Positions 53,901-61,800 of a DNA stretch of 64,000 nucleotides are shown piece after piece. The translations under genes were made by a program, and so were the position numbers. The stretch is from Thecamonas trahens ATCC 50062 (taxonomy: Eukaryota > Protista > Apusomonadida): NCBI RefSeq assembly GCF_000142905.1, contig NW_013657665.1, forward strand, positions 186,001 through 250,000, written 5' to 3'. How positions within the stretch are numbered: the stretch's first letter is position 1; every line of letters starts with the position of its first letter. The notes under the pieces are model-generated. The model saw only the letters and a program-made list of their open reading frames with translations. It was not told the DNA's origin and made no database searches.

Positions 53901-54759
53901 ATGGGCGGCGCGACGATTTCTTGCTCTTGTCCTTGCTCTTGCTCTTCTTCTTTCCCTTACTGCTTCCATTGCCAGCCACTTGGCCATCGGTTCCACTTGC
54001 TAACAGCGCCTCGGGATTGGTGACGATCTCCACAAAAGCGCCGTCGCGGCGCTTGCCCGGCACCAAGCCCGGATCGAGCCCCTTCAGCTCGACCACAAGC
54101 CAGACCCGGATTGAGCCCGACACAAACGCCGGTGGGACCGACGGCAGCGTCTCTCCGCGTAGCCGAGCCAGCCGTTCGCTCCACCGGTCGAGCAAGTGCT
54201 GCGTATCCGCCATCCAGCACGCGAGGCATCCGACCTGCTGGTCCTCGGCTGCCTGCGCCACGGCGGCGATCGACTCGGTCGTCACAAAGCTCTTCCGCCT
54301 CGCTACCTTGACATGCAGCGCGGCACCATCGACCCATGTGCGCTTTCTCTCCACCCGCAGTCCCGGCGAGCCCAGATGCGGCGAGCCCGGATGCGGCGCA
54401 TCACCTCCACCCCAGGTGTCATCGCCGGCCATTCCAGACGCAGCAGCAGAGGCAGGCGAAACAGCGGCCACCGAGACGAGGCTAGACGACCCACTCTGCG
54501 AACACACATCAAGAGAATGTGTTGGGGATTCTCCAGCCGTAGATGTTGTCGTTGCGGCCATTGCACGAGGAGCCAAAGTAGAAGACGAGGTAGACGTCCC
54601 AATTGGCGCCGAGTTGCGAAGGGGGAAGGCAAGACAGGGTGCACAGAAGACTCGGAGGCATGAGACACAGACTCGCTTCTTGCGCACACGAGCCGAACAA
54701 GACGTGCATGTTCTTGCTAATGACGGCATGTGGTCACAATGTGCTGCTGGTGACGACAT
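50911..54759 (-). CDS. INPP4: Inositol polyphosphate 4-phosphatase (INPP4A/B-like) with N-terminal FYVE-like zinc finger and C2-like region
   Basis: Catalytic CKSAKDRT, VLFSQGINEMQT, FKPST.K.D..LRFVATN, GAPAAH, GYLVQFESLLST.GKE..ML.DM and GVRR.NA..N.GKRAYAFN. Confidence 0.9.
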   Translation of the reverse strand: MSSPAAHCDHMPSLARTCTSCSARVRKKRVCVSCLRVFCAPCLAFPLRNSAPIGTSTSSSTLAPRAMAATTTSTAGESPTHSLDVCSQSGSSSLVSVAAVSPASAAASGMAGDDTWGGGDAPHPGSPHLGSPGLRVERKRTWVDGAALHVKVARRKSFVTTESIAAVAQAAEDQQVGCLACWMADTQHLLDRWSERLARLRGETLPSVPPAFVSGSIRVWLVVELKGLDPGLVPGKRRDGAFVEIVTNPEALLASGTDGQVAGNGSSKGKKKSKSKDKSKKSSRRPSIDPSLVSPSPLRHGSSDRQVAGLSPAISGGGSSCLPSTAAAAGQVFAQTELRTWDALAASGKFEVSLYIDLPLAETSMGKTLVSVCCGSEDKVLEPMMGGERVATGAVSVSNLLKTGALSIRLDVGGATRGRPFCFARLAVVQLGRVPSSKATVAQSYVFESEADEPVLVSETLLPSPFAFSVPKALLGVYAARHVDEARQLLALVETQLVGAVEAGPPRELDQADVNRVDNHVTYLESVLAPCLKVSNADTEVAFKPSTTKSDPALRFVATNMQVMEMMVKVRGSPLARFSMVTCGAPAAHVYGYGKNAGILELREKAAAEALNVSSDKAALKVEKMAWRARLRTEAAFAQAVSALVTVFAESVNAALRADVSPLGPDEATLLDIMAEHGYLVQFESLLSTSGKESVMLSDMAAVVERLATVSFRIVPVARPGAVVPGSAADVGSGVVGDDDDAESVRAEVAASLAACDLSIFATDPQVSHLATERKRTASDAMYGDDDSDDDADANLLSTLLASDSDDLAELSASDTPRSGSDECDGGDGPSILVAEASDGSASSDGDSSELPWHDELTLERRVELMATLASAFGSSSEAEDRASVVENEAYSLSASLEEYIEAMVHHSARAMVMNRLRSDKSAPADSSEHPASGQELGASSLRSRSPAMKSPRGLRRTPPPGSELLARGRGATESAEPVVVDVKSLRRRQRRQARVAAKAQAAYAPPAPLTQLPDQLFLDTTQTKIVDERDERFQAAPSTLAQAPDAMTDLVGLLPDSVQIEEDEASGGLVVSLLAVYDPQLVTLPARVMAGDVIRVVPVLFSQGINEMQTMSNLLGGAQQQQDINEHNLRKLQRYFRKTVLLQRGAFPNYDYGTPATKIYSLLATIHRTVKLGKSSKSSALLQRVADVVRMLGGGRVTSCKSAKDRTSMSSTLEHARILASQYGANEVRATAAVMRCYGVRRMNAELNAGKRAYAFNRFQALLLPSAYKPPKSATASKVQS

Positions 54760-55281
54760 GCCTTGTGTGTGAGGGAAAGGAGGGGGGGGGGTGCGGGGTC
54801 GGATGTGCGTGAGGTGTTGCTTTTGAGGCGAGCCCGATGCCCACAGAGTCGCGGATACTCACGGCCGACTCTGATGGCATCGACGCAGTCGAGTCTGGAG
54901 GAAGGAAAATCTAGTCATCCAGCATTGAAAGACGATCTACGACGCCGACGACGACGAGCACCCTTTGAGTGCCCGATTGTTACCTACGTACACGTGAACG
55001 CGGACGTTATGGGAAGAGGAGGTCTCCTTTGACCCAGAATTTAAGATCTTGGATTTGGTGACATAGTAAACACCAGGCGGCTTTCTGGCCAAGGCTATCT
55101 GGTCCTTGGATGAGCAATGCTTGGCAAGGTTGTCGGCATTAGCCAAGTATGCTCACGAGTGCCCCGATTGCCGATTTGGGTGATCTGCCATGATCCCTTG
55201 GATCCCACAGGCTTGTTGGGCAGACAAGTCGTCCTCCCTGCGATCTCATTCTACTCTTCCCACTCTTAACTAAAGCACAGC

Positions 55282-55812
55282 ATGCGATCGAAGAGATCTG
55301 ACTCCCACGTTTACATACTGTCGCCGTTTGTAGTCCCCGCGGCGGGGCCGTCGACGAGCATCAGCATCGTCTCGCGCCGCGCCACCGCCGCCACTGCCAT
55401 GGGCGAGTTTGAGGCCGAGTCCAAGAAGCCGGACGGCTCCATCTTGGTCAAGAAGTCGCTCGCGTTGCGTTCCGATCACCGCCGCACCCGGCGCCGCAAC
55501 ATGGTGCAGGCCGGGGCCGTCCACGCACTCGTCCATGAGCACGCTCTCGCGGGCGTGTTCGGCGGCGCGCGTGCTGCGCGGCGGGGCGAGTTCACGGCGG
55601 CGCGCCTCTTCGGCGAGCCGTGCTCGCTCATGTTCGACGCCGAGTCGTCACTGACGTTCTTGGACTACGCGTCGGCCGTCGAGCTCGCAGACCTCCAAGC
55701 CGCGCTCGCCGACGGTACGCTCATGTGCGCGGCGCCGACGCTGGAAGTCAAGCACCATCGAGTTGTTCACTTTGAGACGCGCGACGGCGCGTCCGAACGA
55801 CCGTACCGCTAA
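55282..55812 (+). CDS. Hypothetical protein (~140-176 aa)
   Basis: The ORF has GC3-rich, host-like codons from ~55320, lies divergent to INPP4 and ends 3 bp from the next gene's stop. No family recognised; alternative start at 55399. Confidence 0.5.
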   Translation: MRSKRSDSHVYILSPFVVPAAGPSTSISIVSRRATAATAMGEFEAESKKPDGSILVKKSLALRSDHRRTRRRNMVQAGAVHALVHEHALAGVFGGARAARRGEFTAARLFGEPCSLMFDAESSLTFLDYASAVELADLQAALADGTLMCAAPTLEVKHHRVVHFETRDGASERPYR

Positions 55813-55815
55813 GGG

Positions 55816-58800
55816 TTACATGCTTTCACTCTCGGTGGCCACATCTGACAGCCCCAAATACGCATCATTACGCATTGCCACCGCGGACGACGATCCCGAG
55901 CTCGATCCCGAGCCAGAGTCCGAGCCGCCATCCGTGCCTGCACCACTGCTGGCCTTGGCGTCGGAGCTCGACCCAGAGCGCACGCTTTTGCTCGAGCTCA
56001 GACTCAAGCTTGACGATCCCAGGCTTGAGGCATCCAGTTCGCGACGGGTAGCCTTTGTCGTCCCGGGCGGCGCGAGGTAGCGCGCAAAGAAGAGCGACTT
56101 GGGCACGACACCGTGCCTGTCGACAAAGCGGAAGAGCGCTTTCTGGTTGACGGCCACCCAGTCCGGGAATTTGAGGTTGGGCTGAGCGTCGAGATAGCGT
56201 ATGACCTTGAGCAGACCCTTGCGGTCGACAACAAGCTCGGCAGGCCTCGCGAGTCGTCGTGCGTCGGCCGACGCCGAGCCAGAGCCCGACATCTCGGGCC
56301 CGTCGACATAATCTGCCGGCGGTGGCTTGCCGAGCGAGCGCACGATCTTGGCCTCGAAAGCCTCGACCTCAGCCTGTGGCATCTCGGTCGTAGCTGCCCG
56401 CTTGTAGAGCTCAACGAGCGCGGTATCGCGCATGTTCTCATACGTCCGCGCGTCCTTGTACACCTGGTGGTTTGCTCGCGACTCCTTTGTCGCAGCCTCG
56501 AGGAACGCATCGTCGACAGCGTGCCGGAACGCGGTGGCGTCGAGCCCGGCGAGGGCCGTCTCGTACGCCGACGAGTCGGACCAGTCGAGGTCCGGCACAA
56601 AGTTGGCGTCGAGCTCGAGTCTCGAGTCAAGCTGCAGGATCTTGCGCAGCCACATGGGGAGCTTCTTGCGGAGCGACTTGAGCACTTCGCGGACCGCCAC
56701 CACAATCATGATGCTCACCACACCGATGAGGAGGACTACGAGAAAGACGGTCAGCGCGGTTGTCCACGGTGACGAGACGGCCTCGGCAGACGAACCGCCG
56801 AGCTTGTCGACGTAGTAAAACTGTGAGGCCATGAGGACCACAAAGGTCGTCGCCAGCGAGAGTAGTTCCAGCCGGGTGAGGATGGCGAATACAAATGGGT
56901 TCGACCGGATGTGCACAAAGACGGAGACAGCAATGACCCAGATGCCAGCGTAGACCTGCGCCACAGGATTTGTCTGCAGCAGGACCTTGATGCAGATGAT
57001 CGCCGTCTTGCGCACAAGAATGACCATTTCCCAGTAGTACCGCCGCGAGGTAAAGCCAAGGATGAGGAACGCGTACTTCTCCTTGACGCTGGCGGTGTGC
57101 AGCGCACCACGGTTGCGATAGAGGAGCACAAAGCCGGCAAGCGGAAGGCCCACGCAATAGCCCACCAGAAATACACCGGCCGCCGTCGCCCACGCCACCT
57201 GCCGCGCCTGCCCACACTCGACTGTCATGTCCGCCACCAGGTACCGCTTGCCGTTAAACGCGACACACGGGAAGGCCTCGAGCACAGTCGACGTGATCGA
57301 GGCGTGCGAAAAGAAGGCGAGAACGAGGACTGCCATCCGGTATCGCAGCACAAAGTGGTGGAGTGCCTTGGCCTTGAACCGCGCCGCGTCGATCGCCCGT
57401 CGAAGGCCGTACTCGAGCGCCACAACAACAAGCGGAATGCCGGCCACAAAGACGGGCATGAGCATCGCAGCCAGCAGCGTGTCGTAGAACGAGAGCGAGA
57501 ACAGGCACTGGATCGAAAAGAACCGCGTCGAGACCCCGTTCGACGAGTTGGAAATGCCAAACAGCATTTTGAGCGTCGACGGCCAGCGGGTCTTGAAGTC
57601 GCCCAAAAACGCGATCGATTGCAGGAAGTTGATCAGGATCTTGAGCACCGCAGACGCCGCCGAGTGCTTCTCCTTCTCGTGCGCATGGAGCGCCGACCGG
57701 ATGAGGACTAGCACCACCGTGACCGCTGCAAGCGCGATAAAGACAAGCACGGCCACAGACTCGCCCCGCGGCGGACAGAGCGTGCAGATTTCTCCAAACT
57801 TGGCGTACCCGTCTCGACACACGTCGCAAATCGGGCCGGTGTACTCGGGTGCGCATGCGGTCGTTCCGCCGCCGGCGCACGCAGACGGCACCGAGCACTC
57901 GTACAGCAGGTCGTTGGCCGATGCGCTCGCCCTCCAGAATCCGGCCGCCGGCTCGATGTTGCCGTCGCGGCACACGCCGCCGGCCACGCACGGGAGGCAG
58001 CAACCGGGGCACTCTGTCGAGTTGTAGTTGGGCATGTACCATCCATCCTTGCAAAAGCAAGCCTCCCGAGTCACCGAGCCTGTTGTGTTGGTCGCAAAGT
58101 TCGGCCCACATGGCAGGCACGCAGCATTGCTCGGTTCGGCCTTGTACTCGTTGACTTCGCACGCCACACACGAGCCCGACGTCGGCGATGGCGTGTAGCC
58201 AGGCAGACACTCGCACTCGACGCCTGACGCCGTCGCCACCGCAAACTGGTCGCTCGTCCCACACTCCTCCACAACAATCGCGCCAGGCAGAGCCAGCGGC
58301 GTCACCCCGCTGACGCCTGGCGCTTCAAACGAGATGGCGTAGCTCGCTCCGCGCACGCCCGAAAATGCAAGGTTGTCAAACGAGACCAGCCCGCGCGCAG
58401 ACGTCGCCTCCACACCCACCACCGACACCGGTGGGTCGCCCAGCGCCCGCGCAGGACTTGCGACTTCGGTGATGACTGCCCGCACCACCACGCCTGTTCC
58501 CAACGCATTCTCCACCCGCACGCCAAACGCGTCGACAATCTCCAGGACAGGAGTAGGCTCCATCGTGCCCGAGTTGCGCCACACTCCTCCGGGTGCCGAG
58601 ACCAGCGCGAGGCCCGACGGCGTCGAAAAGTACGTAAAGCTGATTGCTGCAGAGTAGTTGCCGCCGCGGTTCGTCACAGACAGCCGCGTTCCGCCCGAGA
58701 CCGGGAACGCCGGCGCGTCAAAGTTGATGACCGCGTTGCCAATGAGCGTCAGTGCCGACCGCGGCACGTCGACCACTGTGCTGTTGTCTGTCTCAGAAAC

Positions 58801-61800
58801 AAATCGCACCGCCAGCGTGGGCAAGTCCAGAAAGACCTCCGGATACTTGGCAAACAGGTACACGTTCTGCCCGCCAACTGTAAGCGAGTTGGCCGGCAGC
58901 GCTGCAAGCACCGCAGGCTCGCCGGTGTAGGTCACCGTCACCAGGCCCGCCGTCGCCACAGAGAGCACAGAGTTAACTCTCACCGTGATGTCCTGCGCTG
59001 TTCCAAGCGCGTGTCCAAACGGCACCGCGCACCCGCGGATCTCCGAGTAGCTCACCTCGAGGCGCGACCGTCCTGCGTCGCACGGGAGCTCGCCCACCAG
59101 CACCTCGACGCCTGTCCCGTTGAGCGAGACGCCGCGGATGGTCACAAACTCATACGCCTCTATCACGCTCGGTGTCACGCCCAGCACCCCAGCCTCATAG
59201 GTAAAGGGCAGCGAGTTGACCGACGGCACCGTATCGCCGAGCGCCACAACTTCGACTGTCACCGTCGCCACTTGACCAGCGCTCGGCACATTGCCCGGCA
59301 CCACGCACCCGACAATCGTGTCCGAGGCCACGACGCTTGGACTACCACCACACCGAACGCCGTCAAAGTACACCACCGTCTCGCCGTCAGTCGCGTTGAC
59401 AAAGCCGGCGCCGCGGATTGTCACTACTCCGCCGACAGGACCGGCTGCAGGCTCGATGGCGCTCAGACTGGGCGCGTACTGGAAGGCAAGGCCCGGCGTG
59501 AGGACCGTCGACACCACGCCACCCACCACAGCACCAACAGACGCGTTGGTGTTGGTAGGGAACGGCGGCGCCACGCACGATGCAAGCGTCAGCGGGAGAC
59601 CTGCTGGCGAGAGCGTAGCCGAGCACACCACTCCGCCGAGCGAGATGGCGTCGAGTGAGAGCCCAAAGTCGAACCATCCGCTGAGCGTGACCACCGTCCC
59701 TGGCGGGCCAGACGACGGCGAGATCGAGACCACCGTCGTCGCGTACCGGAACGGCACCGTGTTGGAGCTCAGCTCGAGGCCAAAGAGCTGGACTCCGACA
59801 GAGGCGCCCAGCGCTCCGGGCGGAATGACGCAGCCAGAGAGCTCCACCAATGACGGATCGCTTGCCGACACTACGATGGCACCGGTCGCGCTCGCCACCG
59901 GCGTCACACCAAACGCAATGTCGCCGCACGTCGCAGAGCCAAAGTTGGAGCCCACAAGCACAAACGGCTGACCGGCGACGCCGGCCCGCTCGCGAACCTC
60001 GGTGACCGCCGGCCGATAAGTAAAGAGCCCGTCAACGTCCGACTCCTCGCCGTTAAACGCCACAGCAACAACAGCTCGCAGCGAGCCGAGGTACCCGGGC
60101 GGTGCTGTGCATCCGCTGACCTTAGTGCCCGAGCCCGAGCTCGCTGTCCCACGAGCAGGCAGCCGCTGGCTCGCGCCAAACAGGATGTCCGAGCACGCGA
60201 TGCCAGCTAGCCCGCGCCCGCGGAGCACAAACGCCGTGTTCTGCGGGCCAGACGCCGGACTCAGGAGAGCCACCTCGGGAATGACCGTAAACACAACCGC
60301 GCCTACAGACACTACTCCCCCCATTTCCACGTCAACACTTGGCGTCGCGCCGACGGTCAAACCCATCGGCATGTAGCATCCGTCCACAAGGCGGCCACCG
60401 CCCGAGACGCTTGCCAACCCGGTGGCAACCGTGCCTCCGACACGGATCTGGCTGCAGCTCAACGTGCCGAGCCCGGTCCCGGTGAGGGTAAAGTTGGCGC
60501 CAGGCGGGCCGCGCAAGACCGAGAGTGCCGAGACTCGTGGAACAACCGTGAGGCTTCCCGAGGTACTCGAGACTAGGCCGTCGAGTTCAACAACTACTGC
60601 CCCAACCGTTCCACCAGGATGAGCGTCGGGGACCAGACAGCCGGTCACCGCGGTAAACGGTGCCGCGACGTTCGCGGTACCAGTAAGTGGTGCGCCATCA
60701 AGCTTGATGTCACTGCACTGCGCGAGCTCAAACCCTGTTCCAGTCACGGTCACCGCCGCCCCGATCGGCGCCGCGCTAGGGCTTACTGCCGCCACCACTG
60801 GGACCGACCGGACGGTTGTGAACGGGACAACCAACGGCGACTCGAGCAGGAAACCAGCCTTGGCTGCCGCATTCGTGCTGATCGTTAGCTCGTACCGGGT
60901 GAGGTGGGTAAGATTGCCAGGCGGGTAGAATGTGACCGTCTCGTTGGCAGGTGCGTCCCACACAAACGAGCCACCAGAAGCGTCGACACCATCGTCGACA
61001 TTGCGGAGCGAGATTGCGGCCTCAGTTGCCGCCACCGCCATCTCGCGCGAGAACGAGACGGTAATCGGGAGGTGAACGGCTACCGAGACTGCGCCCATGC
61101 TCGGGACTGTCGCCTCAATCCGAGGCGCGGAAAGATCGAGCGTCGTAAAAATGGTCGAGAGTGGCGCCATCAGACTGTTGCCGGAAATGTCTCGCCCGCC
61201 TGCCACTGTCAGATTGACCGTGTGGACCGTAAAGTTGGCAAGGAAGGCATGCGGCGTAAAGACAAGGATTGTGTCGCTGGCTGACCACGCGAACTCGCCC
61301 GAAATCGGACCGCCAGGCACAGCCGCGACCTCGAACCCGCCCTCGACTGCGCTTCGGTCCATCGGCTCGTCGAAAACAAGCCGAACAACCGTGGCAAACG
61401 AGACGCCAACGGCAGTCGCGGCCGGCGACGAGCTCACCAAGATCGGAGGCGTAAAGTCGGCAGAGCGGAAAGACGAGACAAAGCGGGTGCCGAGGGTGTT
61501 CGCGGCATTGGCCACATCGGTTGCGGTGCCGGCCACGGCCACTTGGCACACCACGTCGTCGTCGAGAGTAGATGTGGGCGCGAGCGTGAGTACCGAGTCC
61601 AGAGCCGACCAAACTGTGGTCACAGCAACAGGCACTCCGTTGCAGGCGAGGCTGGCAGCAGCCTCGGCCGACGCTCGGTCCATCGTCTCGGAAAAGGTGA
61701 TGGTGACGCTGGTGTCAAGCGAGACGTTCCATGCCGCCAAGGGAGGCTCAACTGACAACACGGTCGGCGCAATAAGGTCGACGGTGACAAACGAGGTGGC

